From Parcubacteria group bacterium (GTDB lineage Bacteria; Patescibacteriota; Minisyncoccia; Phycocordibacterales; DATDWN01), in assembly GCA_039740895.1 (NCBI GenBank), contig JBCLGS010000003.1, positions 1-52,949 on the forward strand: a stretch of DNA of 52,949 bases, read 5' to 3'. The notes below the pieces were generated by a model. That model had not been told where the DNA came from. It made no database searches and worked only from the letters and a program-made list of their open reading frames with translations. Positions 34,193 through 43,648 of this stretch are shown here, one piece after another. Positions within the stretch are counted from its first letter, which is position 1. Each line of letters begins with the position of its first letter. The position numbers were made by a program, and so were the translations under genes.

Positions 34193-35263
34193 TTATTGAT
34201 TTTCTAGGAATTTGAAAACAAGTTCATTGGTCATAAATGCCTCCACATACATTCGTACTCTAAAACGATCTGAATCTTTGTAGTGAGCCAGAATATTTTC
34301 CATTTCTTTTTTTACTTCAGTTTCTTCTGGAAAAATTCCTTCATCTTTTGCAATTCTATTTAAAACAACTTGTGATTTTGCTCTTTTCACAGCTACACCT
34401 TTCCACTCTGCTCTCAAGTCGTCCTCTGTTTTTTTTATGTGCTTCAAATATTCTTCATATGAAACACCTGAGCGAGCAATATCATCTTTAAATTGAGCCA
34501 ACATTTTTTCCATTTCTCCATCAACGATGATTTTTGGCAATTCTACTGTTGATGCAGTGATAATAGCTTCAAGAATAGCTGTTCTTTTTTTGTCTTTCTC
34601 TTTCATTCCTTTCTCAATGGCAATATTTTCTTTGATTTTCTCTTTCATTTCAACAACATTTGGTAATCCCATCATCATAGCGAAATTGTCATCTACAGCA
34701 GGTAAATCTTCATCTTTGACTTTGCCATGGCTGTGATCATGTTCTCCATGTCCACCTTTTTCATGCATTTTTTGGTGAGCTATGTTTTGCTGAAGACTTT
34801 TTACAACATCTTCCACTTCACTATCTGAAACAGCTGGAGTTACTGATTTTTTAGAATTTTCCGTTCCAGATAGTTTTTTATAATCCGCGAGTTTAATTTC
34901 TGGTATGAGGGCAGTCTTGGCTTTAAACTCAAGATGGCTACCAATGCCTATTTTAGTAATAGTCATTTCTGGTCGGCCAATTGCATCAATGTTATGCTCT
35001 TCCAAAATTTGAGGATATTCCTCAGATAAAGCGATTTCAGCTGCCTCTTCCAGTAGATTTGCCTCACCAATTCTTTGAATAACAACAGTGTCTGGTGCAT
35101 TTCCTTTGCGAAATCCATCTACTTCCAAGTTTTCCTTGAATTTTTTTATAGCTTTTTCTCTCATTAAGGTCATTTTTTCAACTGTAATTTCGCCAATAAT
35201 CTCAACTTCCCTGTCTGGAAGGGAATTAATTGTAATATTTCTATAATTTTTTGTTTTTTCCAT
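34193..35263 (-). CDS. tig: trigger factor, short form lacking an evident PPIase domain
   Basis: 356 aa from MEKTKNY, with GGAG 5 nt upstream. The ribosome-binding motif GFRKGNAP is present. A His-rich linker HEKGGHGEHDHSHGK sits where the FKBP domain normally lies. Confidence 0.75.
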   Translation of the reverse strand: MEKTKNYRNITINSLPDREVEIIGEITVEKMTLMREKAIKKFKENLEVDGFRKGNAPDTVVIQRIGEANLLEEAAEIALSEEYPQILEEHNIDAIGRPEMTITKIGIGSHLEFKAKTALIPEIKLADYKKLSGTENSKKSVTPAVSDSEVEDVVKSLQQNIAHQKMHEKGGHGEHDHSHGKVKDEDLPAVDDNFAMMMGLPNVVEMKEKIKENIAIEKGMKEKDKKRTAILEAIITASTVELPKIIVDGEMEKMLAQFKDDIARSGVSYEEYLKHIKKTEDDLRAEWKGVAVKRAKSQVVLNRIAKDEGIFPEETEVKKEMENILAHYKDSDRFRVRMYVEAFMTNELVFKFLENQ

Positions 35264-35373
35264 ATTGTCTCCCAGTCTATATGGACTATCAGTTTTTAGC
35301 AAGTAACCTGCATCTAACAAAAAAACCAACCCGTCGGATTGGTTTTTTATAATAAATTATGTTAGAAAGTATA

Positions 35374-35679
35374 CTATTGAACTTTTAATTCTGCATCTAA
35401 GTTAGTTAAGTTAGTGGCCTTCATATCTGCTTCGATATCACTGACTTCATCTGATGAACTTGTAGTTTTTATCAAATTTGCTTCTTGTTCTTCAGGTGTC
35501 AAAACTACTGTCTCTGGTACAGATGCTGGTGCTGGTGCTGTTTCAGCAGTCATTTGCTTGATAGTCTTTGCTTCCTCCAAACGCTTTCCCCAGAAGTATA
35601 GACCTCCGAGTACAATCAGGGCAATTATGATTATTGTTCCGATTATTGAACCCATTCCAGTTTTTTTTGTTTCATCCAT
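35374..35679 (-). CDS. small membrane-anchored protein with acidic tail
   Basis: 101 aa with one TM (GSIIGTIIIIALIVLGGLYFW). Confidence 0.45.
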   Translation of the reverse strand: MDETKKTGMGSIIGTIIIIALIVLGGLYFWGKRLEEAKTIKQMTAETAPAPASVPETVVLTPEEQEANLIKTTSSSDEVSDIEADMKATNLTNLDAELKVQ

Positions 35680-35711
35680 AATATTTTGATTAGTTTTTAA
35701 TAATTAATTAT

Positions 35712-35839
35712 TATAGAACTTACGCAGTCGAGTCAAGTTCGAGGCGAAAACTATATTTTAGAACGAGATGTACTCTTGTACATTGAGTGATAAAATATAG
35801 TTTTCAACAAAGAAATTGGCCGAATGCGTAGGTTCTATA
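35712..35839. repeat. long imperfect palindrome, family 4 (blocks AGTTCGAGGCGA ... GTACTCTTGTAC ... TCAACAAAGAAAT)
   Basis: Arms TATAGAACTTACGCAGTCG / CGAATGCGTAGGTTCTATA. It abuts the stop codon of the 35840-36400 gene and has the same architecture as the insert inside rsmA. Confidence 0.85.
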
Positions 35840-36400
35840 TTAGTTAGTTGTTCTCTCCGTGGTAGTGGCCTTATCTCCAACTCTTAATCCTTTCAGACTA
35901 CCGATGGCCTTTGTTAAGGAAGTGTGAGCTTGATTTAGTAGTTTTTTAGTTGATTTTGTTATCTTCTGAAGATCTGCAAAATGTCCTTTAAACTCTTTTG
36001 TGGTGCTAGCATTTGCATATGTATTATCTGCCCCGTCGCTATGTATTTTCATTGTGGCCATTAATAGCTTTGCATCGGCAATGAATTTTTTCGCGTCCGC
36101 TATGGCTTTTTCAGCTACTGTCGTGTCTGGAGCTTTTGCTGTAACACTTTCAGACTTTATTTTTGCGATTCTTGTCTCCATACGAGTTATAATATTTTCC
36201 AATCGCTCAATGGTTGCCTGAAATCTATTTATAATTTTATTGTAGCGCTTTTCTACTTTTATGGCTTCAGTGGTATTTACTTTAATTACATCTCTTACAG
36301 GTGTTGGTTTTACTAATTCATTTTGAGCTAATGCAATTCCAGTAATACCAAATAACAAAACTACAGCTGACATTCTTAATAAGATTTTTTTATTTTTCAT
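35840..36400 (-). CDS. secreted coiled-coil protein
   Basis: 186 aa. Signal peptide MKNKKILLRMSAVVLLFGITGIALA, and the mature part is predicted to be alpha-helical. Confidence 0.5.
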   Translation of the reverse strand: MKNKKILLRMSAVVLLFGITGIALAQNELVKPTPVRDVIKVNTTEAIKVEKRYNKIINRFQATIERLENIITRMETRIAKIKSESVTAKAPDTTVAEKAIADAKKFIADAKLLMATMKIHSDGADNTYANASTTKEFKGHFADLQKITKSTKKLLNQAHTSLTKAIGSLKGLRVGDKATTTERTTN

Positions 36401-36422
36401 TTATGAAATATTAATTGATAAT

Positions 36423-36616
36423 TATAACTTACTTTGAATTACGAAACTCGTTGAAATCATATCATTTTTGGAGGCTTCGCAAGGCGGGTAGCCGAGACTT
36501 GAGGAATTTTAAGGGAACACTTATGCATGAGGTAATCCTCAGGCGGAACCAGAAAAATATCCGTACTCCAAAAATGATATGATGAGAAAGAGTTTCGTAA
36601 TTCAAAGTAACTTATA
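36423..36616. repeat. long imperfect palindrome, family 3
   Basis: 27-nt arms TATAACTTACTTTGAATTACGAAACTC / GAGTTTCGTAATTCAAAGTAACTTATA with 1 mismatch. The core is shared with 3520-3670. Confidence 0.85.
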
Positions 36617-36642
36617 ACATTATATCACAAAAAAATACCCAC

Positions 36643-36711
36643 AAGCGAATTTGCCACCAGCAAATTCGTGCATGAAATAATGTTTGCTGTAAGCAGAACA
36701 TTTTTCAGGCC
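36643..36711. repeat. half copy of the 52821-52929 compound palindrome
   Basis: 36661-36710 is the exact reverse complement of 52821-52870 (50 of 50). Confidence 0.9.
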
Positions 36712-36738
36712 TTGGTGATTTTTCTATTTTGTCGGTTT

Positions 36739-37896
36739 TTACTCTGAATCTCCTACTGGGGCATCATCTTTATCTGCTTCTGCTTCTGTTTGAACCTTTG
36801 CAGATTGGATATCTATCTTCCAACCAGTCAGTTTTGCGGCCAAGCGAACATTTTGTCCGCCTTTTCCAATAGCAAGTGATTGCTGGTCTTCAGAAACAGT
36901 CACGACAGACTGCTTATTTACATCATCAATCTTTACAGAAAGAGTTTTTGCTGGAGAAAGTGCATCTTCTATAAACTTCTTTGGGTCTTCTGACCACTCA
37001 ATGATATCTATTTTCTCCCCACCAAGCTCTGACATAACAGTAGAAACACGAACTCCTCGCTGTCCTACCATTGAACCAACAGGGTCAACATGAGAATCAA
37101 TAGAACTAACTGCGATTTTTGTTCGTGAACCAGCTTCTCGGGCAATTGATTTTATTACAACTGTGCCGTTTGCGATTTCTGGAACCTCAGTTTCAAATAA
37201 TTTCTCCAAGAATTTTGGATGTGAACGAGAAAGTCGTAGAAAAACTCCCTTGCTGTTTTCTTCAACTCGGTATAGATAAGCTCGAAGTCTTTCACCTTGA
37301 GCAAATCTCTCTCCTGGAATTTGTTCTTCGTATGGAAGAAGTCCAGTAGCCCGACCCATATCAATGAATATATTTCCTCTTTCTATTCTTTGAACTGTTC
37401 CGGAAACGATCTGACCTTCTTTCTCTCCGTACTGTTGCATAATAGAAACTTTTTCAGCTTCTCGGATTTTTTGCATAATAACCTGCTTTGCAGTCTGAGC
37501 TGCAATACGGCTATAATCGTCTTGGGCTTCAAGAGGGAAGACCATTTCATCTCCAAGGGCAATATCTTTCTTAATTCGTCGTGCTTCAGCAAGTAAAATG
37601 TGATGTTCTGGATTGTATAGAACTTTTTCATCAACTTCTCCTTCTGGAAGTTCTGGTCTGTCTTCTTCGTCCATATAAACAGTGGAATCATCTACGACAA
37701 TTTTAACCTGAAACATATCAGTTTTCCCAGAGTTCAAATCAAATTTAGCACGAATAATCTGGCCTTTTTTGCCATATTCTTTTTTGTAAGCAGTTGCCAG
37801 TGCAAGCTCTATTGCTTCTATTATTTTTTCCTGTGGAATTCCTCTTTCTTCTTCTAATTGAGCAAGAACGCTATTTATTACTTTTAGATCTAACAT
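36739..37896 (-). CDS. nusA: transcription termination/antitermination factor NusA
   Basis: 385 aa from MLDLKVINSVLAQLEEERGIP, with S1 and two KH domains (GQRGVRVSTVMSELGGEKIDII; GKGGQNVRLAAKLTGWKIDI). Confidence 0.95.
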   Translation of the reverse strand: MLDLKVINSVLAQLEEERGIPQEKIIEAIELALATAYKKEYGKKGQIIRAKFDLNSGKTDMFQVKIVVDDSTVYMDEEDRPELPEGEVDEKVLYNPEHHILLAEARRIKKDIALGDEMVFPLEAQDDYSRIAAQTAKQVIMQKIREAEKVSIMQQYGEKEGQIVSGTVQRIERGNIFIDMGRATGLLPYEEQIPGERFAQGERLRAYLYRVEENSKGVFLRLSRSHPKFLEKLFETEVPEIANGTVVIKSIAREAGSRTKIAVSSIDSHVDPVGSMVGQRGVRVSTVMSELGGEKIDIIEWSEDPKKFIEDALSPAKTLSVKIDDVNKQSVVTVSEDQQSLAIGKGGQNVRLAAKLTGWKIDIQSAKVQTEAEADKDDAPVGDSE

Positions 37897-38078
37897 AATT
37901 ATTTTTAATTTAAGGACTATTTTGATAAAAAAATGGACCGCCAACGGGGCGACCTTTAACTCCTACATACTATCATACCATAAACTAACTTGTCAACTCT
38001 TTTAATTGTTATGCACATTTTTTGTGTGAATGTATAAATTTTTTGATATAATAAATATAATATGATTGGTCATCTGGA

Positions 38079-38256
38079 AGATTTTTAATTTTAAAAAAAC
38101 ATTCGCAGGTTTTGGATTCAGATGACAACAATTTTTTCTAGCCGAGAGCGCGTGGTCCTATGCAATAAGGACCGACTGAAAGGAGTCCGCGGTAGGCAGA
38201 AAAAATTGTGTTTCATCTGACGAAAACCGAGGACGTTTTTTTAAAATTAAAAATCT
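38079..38256. repeat. 178-nt long palindrome ending 6 nt before the pilB-like start
   Basis: 22-nt perfect outer arms AGATTTTTAATTTTAAAAAAAC / GTTTTTTTAAAATTAAAAATCT. Inner arms are imperfect and the apical hairpin is GGTCCT-ATGCAATA-AGGACC. Confidence 0.85.
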
Positions 38257-38262
38257 GAAATT

Positions 38263-40017
38263 ATGCACATTGAGGAAAAACAATTAAAAGAATTTATTCT
38301 TGACTCTGGACTGGTGTCTAGGGCTGATGTTGCCACGGCAGAAAAAGAAGGGGATAAAACCAAAGAAAGCATCGGAAAAATTCTCATAAACAAAGGTAAA
38401 TTAACCGAGGACGACTTGCGCCGTATGCAAGCATATATTTTGGGAATACCTTTTATTGACCTTTCTGGTGAAAAACTTCCTTTTGAAGTACTCTCTCTTA
38501 TTCCAGAACCTATTGCCAGAAACCACAACATTGTTGCTTTCAAAAAAAACGACAAATCATTAGAGGTGGCCATGCTGGACACTGAAGACCTGACAGCTAT
38601 CGACTTCATCAAAAAGAAAGTGGATTTGAAAATCTTACCACGGCTTACAAGTAGTGAGTCAATGAAGTCGGCTTTGCTTCAATATCAAAAAAGCCTAAAA
38701 GCTGAATTCGGTGATTTAATCCAAAAAGATGCAGTCTCGCTAAAAAGTATTCCTGATAGAGCAGAGGTAGATAATTTGTCAGACCAAGATTTGAAAAAAC
38801 TTGCTGATGATATGCCTGTCGTTCGTATTGTGGACACACTTCTAAAGCACTCAATTCTACAAAATGCATCAGATATTCACATAGAGCCACAAGAAAACGA
38901 GCTTCTAATTCGTTATCGTATAGATGGTATTCTTCATGACGCTATGATTTTACCAAAAAGTGTAGGCACAAGTATTGCTGCTCGTATTAAAGTTCTTTCT
39001 TCTCTAAAACTGGATGAAAAAAGACTTCCTCAAGATGGACGATTTAAAATTGATATGAATGGTGAAAAAGTTTCTTTTCGTGTCTCTCTATTACCAACAT
39101 ACTACGGAGAAAAAATTGTTATGAGACTTTTGAGAGAAACAGTTTCTGGATTTACATTGGAGCTTTTGGGCTTCCATGGCACTGGTTTGGAAAAAATTCA
39201 CAAAGCAATTAAATCAACTACTGGAATGATTCTTGCTACTGGACCAACGGGCTCAGGAAAGACCACAACTCTTTACACTATTCTAGATATTTTGAATACA
39301 CCAAATGTAAATATTTCTACCATTGAAGACCCTATTGAATACCAGATGAATAGAATAAATCAAACTCAGGTTCGCCCAGAGATTGGTTTTACATTTGCCA
39401 ATGGACTCCGAACCCTAGTTAGACAAGACCCAGATATCATTATGGTTGGAGAAATTCGTGATAATGAAACTGCCTCCTTAGCCGTCAATGCTTCTCTTAC
39501 TGGACATGTGGTCCTCTCAACTCTTCACACAAATTCCGCGGCGGGCGCGGTTCCTAGACTTATAGATATGAAAGTTGAACCATTTTTAATTGTTTCAACA
39601 GTCAATATTATTATTGCTCAACGGCTTATTCGAAAACTTTCTGGAACCAAAGAAAAATATTTTCTTTCAAAAGACGAATTACAGACATTGGGTAAATCAG
39701 TCAATCTAGAAAAAGTACTATCTATTTTAAAAGAAGAAAAAGTTGTAGGAAAATCAGATAAGTGGGAAGATATCTCATTTTGGAGACCAAAAAAAGGTGC
39801 CGCTTCTGAAGAAGGGTACTCTGGAAGAATTGGGATACATGAAATTCTAAAAGTTTCTAGTCCAATAAAAGAAATTATTATGAGAGGTGGAACGGCAGAT
39901 GAAATTCAAAAACAGGCAGAAAGTGAAGGAATGCTTACTATGATTGAAGATGGTTTTTTCAAAGCTGTTCAAGGTATTACCACAATAGAAGAAGTTTTGA
40001 GAGTAATATCTGAATAA
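38263..40017 (+). CDS. GspE/PilB family type II/IV secretion (type IV pilus assembly) ATPase
   Basis: 584 aa with an N-terminal T2SSE_N-like domain, Walker A GPTGSGKTT, Asp box, Walker B IIMVGEIRD and His box. Confidence 0.9.
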   Translation: MHIEEKQLKEFILDSGLVSRADVATAEKEGDKTKESIGKILINKGKLTEDDLRRMQAYILGIPFIDLSGEKLPFEVLSLIPEPIARNHNIVAFKKNDKSLEVAMLDTEDLTAIDFIKKKVDLKILPRLTSSESMKSALLQYQKSLKAEFGDLIQKDAVSLKSIPDRAEVDNLSDQDLKKLADDMPVVRIVDTLLKHSILQNASDIHIEPQENELLIRYRIDGILHDAMILPKSVGTSIAARIKVLSSLKLDEKRLPQDGRFKIDMNGEKVSFRVSLLPTYYGEKIVMRLLRETVSGFTLELLGFHGTGLEKIHKAIKSTTGMILATGPTGSGKTTTLYTILDILNTPNVNISTIEDPIEYQMNRINQTQVRPEIGFTFANGLRTLVRQDPDIIMVGEIRDNETASLAVNASLTGHVVLSTLHTNSAAGAVPRLIDMKVEPFLIVSTVNIIIAQRLIRKLSGTKEKYFLSKDELQTLGKSVNLEKVLSILKEEKVVGKSDKWEDISFWRPKKGAASEEGYSGRIGIHEILKVSSPIKEIIMRGGTADEIQKQAESEGMLTMIEDGFFKAVQGITTIEEVLRVISE

Positions 40018-40064
40018 AAAATCCGTAAGTTTTATAAATTGGGCCATATGATACAATTATCAGT

Positions 40065-40823
40065 ATGAAAAAACTGAAAAAACTTGTGGTGGGAAATTGG
40101 AAAATGAATCCGTCTACCGTTGAGGAAGCAAAAAAGATTGCGTTGGGTATCAAACGCAATCTAAAAACAATTAAAAAAACTCAGGTGGTAATATGCCCCC
40201 CCTTTGTGTACCTCTCATCTCTTTCTAGCACTCCAAACACAATGCTATTTCTAGGGAGTCAGGATGCTTTTTATGATCGGTTGGGCTCGCACACAGGGGA
40301 AGTCAGTTTCAGCCAGCTTCACCAATTCAAAACGAGCTTTGTTATTGTCGGACACTCAGAGAGAAGGTCTAGGGGTGAAACTGATGAAATAGTAAATAAA
40401 AAACTTTTAAGTGTCATTAATGAAGGAATGACCGCTATTATTTGCATCGGGGAAAAAGTTCGAGATACAAACGGTGAATACTTAAACTTAATAAAACAGC
40501 AACTGACGCTTGGTATGAAAGATGTTTCAAAAAAATTACTAGACCATCTTGTGGTAGCCTACGAGCCAATCTGGGCGGTGGGAGCAAAAGATGCAATGAA
40601 TGCCAGAGATGTTCATGAAATGGCCATTTTCATAAAAAAAGTTTTGAGAGATATGTTTGGAATACTTTCAGATGGTATTAGAATCTTATATGGTGGAGCG
40701 GTAAATGAATTCAACTGCAATGATATTGTCAAGGGAGATTTTGTTCATGGTTTTCTTATTGGGCGAGAAAGTTTGAAAAGTGATAGCTTTATTAAAATCA
40801 TTAAACTTGTTGATCAATCATGA
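40065..40823 (+). CDS. tpiA: triose-phosphate isomerase
   Basis: 252 aa containing VVGNWKMN, VGHSERR, AYEPIWAVG and YGGAV. Confidence 0.9.
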   Translation: MKKLKKLVVGNWKMNPSTVEEAKKIALGIKRNLKTIKKTQVVICPPFVYLSSLSSTPNTMLFLGSQDAFYDRLGSHTGEVSFSQLHQFKTSFVIVGHSERRSRGETDEIVNKKLLSVINEGMTAIICIGEKVRDTNGEYLNLIKQQLTLGMKDVSKKLLDHLVVAYEPIWAVGAKDAMNARDVHEMAIFIKKVLRDMFGILSDGIRILYGGAVNEFNCNDIVKGDFVHGFLIGRESLKSDSFIKIIKLVDQS

Positions 40824-42034
40824 TTAAATATATTGATGAAATAAAAGACCTGAAAGGTAAGAAAGTTTTATTGCGTTTGGACTTAAATGTTCCGATTGAA
40901 AATGGGGTAGTGACAGATACTTACAGAATAGAGAGGGTAATAGAAACCATTGATTTTTTGAGAAGTGAAGAAGCTCAAATAATTATTATTTCTCACTGCG
41001 AAGGAAAGGAGTCAGAAACGCTTGCTCCGATGTGGCGTTATTTGAATGGATATTTTCCAGTGCAGTTTAGCGAAACTTATTTTACACCAGAAGCATTTGA
41101 TAAATTATTAAAATTAGAAAATAGGGGGGTTTTGATGTTTGAAAATTTAAGAAACAATCCCGGAGAAAAAGAAAATGATTTAGATTTTGCAAAAAAATTA
41201 GCACAGATGGCAGATATATATGTCAATGATGCATTTGGAGTTTCTCACAGAAAACATGCTTCCATTGTTGGTGTTCCACAATTTCTTCCACACTATGGTG
41301 GACTTTTAATGTTTCAAGAAATAGAACATCTTTCAAAAGTTTTTCATCCTGTTCATCCTTTTATTTTTATTCTTGGTGGCGCAAAATTTGAAACCAAAAT
41401 GCCACTGATAAAAAAATATCTGGAATCTGCAGACTGTGTTTTTATTGGAGGAGCTTTGGCAAATAATATTTTCAAAGAAAAAGGTTTTGAAGTAGGAACA
41501 TCCTTAATCTCAGAAGGGGAGTTTGGAATAAAAAAAATGTTACAAAATCCAAAACTATCTTTTCCTGTAGATGTGACTGTGTTAAAATCGAATGGCTCTG
41601 TCTCTTTCAAAGGATTTAAAAAACCATCCGCCTCATCGGCGGACTCGCCGATGAGGCGAGAAAAATCAGATCAAGTTGAAAAAGACGAATGTATTGTAGA
41701 CGCTGGGCCAGAAACAATTATTCAGTTGAAAAAAATTATTGATAATGCTAAAACAATTGTTTGGAATGGACCTTTTGGAAATTTTGAAAAAGGATTTGGT
41801 GACAAAACAGAACAACTTGCAGAAGTTATTGCTAATGCCACCCGCCCGACTGAACAGTCGTTCGGGCGGGCTTCTCAAGGAACGGTAAGTATTGTTGGTG
41901 GAGGGGATACATTGGCATCAATAAACAAACTTGGATTAAATGATAAATTTAGTTTTATATCCACTGGTGGTGGAGCGATGCTAGACTATCTTGTCAACGA
42001 AACTCTTCCAGGAATTGAGGCATTGGAAAAATAA
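40820..42034 (+). CDS. pgk: phosphoglycerate kinase (carrying two 30-nt palindromic in-frame inserts)
   Basis: 404 aa containing VLLRLDLNVP, NDAFGVSHR, GGAKFETK, WNGPFG and STGGGA. Confidence 0.95.
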   Translation: MIKYIDEIKDLKGKKVLLRLDLNVPIENGVVTDTYRIERVIETIDFLRSEEAQIIIISHCEGKESETLAPMWRYLNGYFPVQFSETYFTPEAFDKLLKLENRGVLMFENLRNNPGEKENDLDFAKKLAQMADIYVNDAFGVSHRKHASIVGVPQFLPHYGGLLMFQEIEHLSKVFHPVHPFIFILGGAKFETKMPLIKKYLESADCVFIGGALANNIFKEKGFEVGTSLISEGEFGIKKMLQNPKLSFPVDVTVLKSNGSVSFKGFKKPSASSADSPMRREKSDQVEKDECIVDAGPETIIQLKKIIDNAKTIVWNGPFGNFEKGFGDKTEQLAEVIANATRPTEQSFGRASQGTVSIVGGGDTLASINKLGLNDKFSFISTGGGAMLDYLVNETLPGIEALEK

Positions 42035-42051
42035 AATTATAAAAATAATTT

Positions 42052-43623
42052 ATGGCCGTTTCAAAAATTTACAGCGCACAGACAACATTACTCTCTGCGC
42101 AAATAATTGATATTGAAGTTGATCTATCAAAAGGATTACATGCTTTTAATATTGTCGGGCTTGCAGACACATCTGTAAATGAATCAAAAGATAGAGTCTC
42201 TGCTGCCATAAAAAATTCTGGTTTTAAATCTCCAAAAAATAAAAATCAAAAGGTGGTAGTATCACTGGCACCAGCGGACATTAAAAAAGAAGGTCCGCTT
42301 TTTGATTTACCAATTGCGGTGGCTTATCTCATCGCTGCAGAAGAAATAAAAGCTGATACAAAGAATAAAATATTTGTCGGTGAGCTTTCTCTTGATGGAG
42401 ATTTGAGACCCATCAAAGGTGCGCTTCCTATAGCACAAAAAGCTAAAGCAGAGGGTTTCACTGAGATTTTTCTTCCTTTAAAAAATGCAGAAGAGGCTGG
42501 AAATATTGAAGGAATAAAAGTATATGGTGCAAAAAATCTGATGGAAATTCTACAACATATAAATACCAAAAAAATGGATAAGGGTGATGAAGAAAAAATT
42601 TTTATTCCTCATATAGAAATCAATCAATATAAAAAATCAAAGAGAAGCAAAACTGTGCAAGAAATCGATATCGACTTTGCTGATATTAAAGGACAAGAGT
42701 CTGCAAAAAGGGGATTAGAAATTGCTGCAGCAGGTGGACACAACATTATTATGTTTGGACCTCCGGGTACTGGCAAAACAATGTTGGCTAAAGCCTTCAC
42801 ACATATTCTTCCTCCACTTTCTTTTGATGAAATGCTTGAAGTCACATCAATATATTCAATTGGAGGATTACTCTCTGAAGGTTTAATCGAAAATCCTCCG
42901 TTTCGCTCACCACATCATACAGCTTCTTATGTTTCATTAGTCGGCGGTGGAAGTAATTTAAAACCTGGCGAAGTCACGCTAGCACATAAAGGAGTTTTAT
43001 TTCTTGATGAGTTTCCCGAGTTTGATACAAAAGTTTTAGAGTCTTTGAGACAACCACTGGAAGACAGAGTTATAACAGTTTCTCGAGCAAAAGGTTCAGT
43101 GCGATATCCTGCAAATTTTTGTTTGATTGCTACAATGAATCCGTGCCCGTGTGGAAATTACGGAGTTAAAAATAAAGAGTGTATCTGTTCTGCAAATAAT
43201 TTGGAAAGATATCGAAGAAAATTATCTGGACCAATTGTTGACCGTATTGATATGTGGGTTGAAGTCTCAATTGTGGAACACAGCAAACTTACAGATGCCA
43301 GGGAGATGCAAGAGGGAACAGAAAAAATAAAACCTCGTGTAGAAAATGCTAGAGAAATTCAAAAAGAAAGATATGAAAATGCTGGATTAAAAATAAAAAC
43401 AAATTCAGAATTGTCGCCAAAAGATTTGATAAAATATATTTCTCTTTCAGAAAAAGTAAAAAATGTCTTAAATAAATCCGCAAAACAACTAGACCTTTCA
43501 GCACGAGCATACCACCGTATAATAAAACTAGCTAGAACAATTGCCGATTTAGAAGGTACAGAAAATATTTCTGAAAATCACATACTAGAATCTTTGAACT
43601 ACCGATTCAAAAGGAGTCATTAA
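42052..43623 (+). CDS. YifB/ComM family Mg-chelatase-like ATPase
   Basis: 523 aa with an N-terminal Lon-protease-like domain and an AAA+ core (GPPGTGKTM, VLFLDEFPEF). Confidence 0.9.
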   Translation: MAVSKIYSAQTTLLSAQIIDIEVDLSKGLHAFNIVGLADTSVNESKDRVSAAIKNSGFKSPKNKNQKVVVSLAPADIKKEGPLFDLPIAVAYLIAAEEIKADTKNKIFVGELSLDGDLRPIKGALPIAQKAKAEGFTEIFLPLKNAEEAGNIEGIKVYGAKNLMEILQHINTKKMDKGDEEKIFIPHIEINQYKKSKRSKTVQEIDIDFADIKGQESAKRGLEIAAAGGHNIIMFGPPGTGKTMLAKAFTHILPPLSFDEMLEVTSIYSIGGLLSEGLIENPPFRSPHHTASYVSLVGGGSNLKPGEVTLAHKGVLFLDEFPEFDTKVLESLRQPLEDRVITVSRAKGSVRYPANFCLIATMNPCPCGNYGVKNKECICSANNLERYRRKLSGPIVDRIDMWVEVSIVEHSKLTDAREMQEGTEKIKPRVENAREIQKERYENAGLKIKTNSELSPKDLIKYISLSEKVKNVLNKSAKQLDLSARAYHRIIKLARTIADLEGTENISENHILESLNYRFKRSH

Positions 43624-43628
43624 AAAAA

Positions 43629-43644
43629 CACTGCCCATGCAGTG
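43629..43644. terminator. bidirectional terminator hairpin
   Basis: CACTGC-CCAT-GCAGTG, flanked by A7 and CTTTTT, between convergent genes. Confidence 0.6.
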
Positions 43645-43648
43645 CTTT

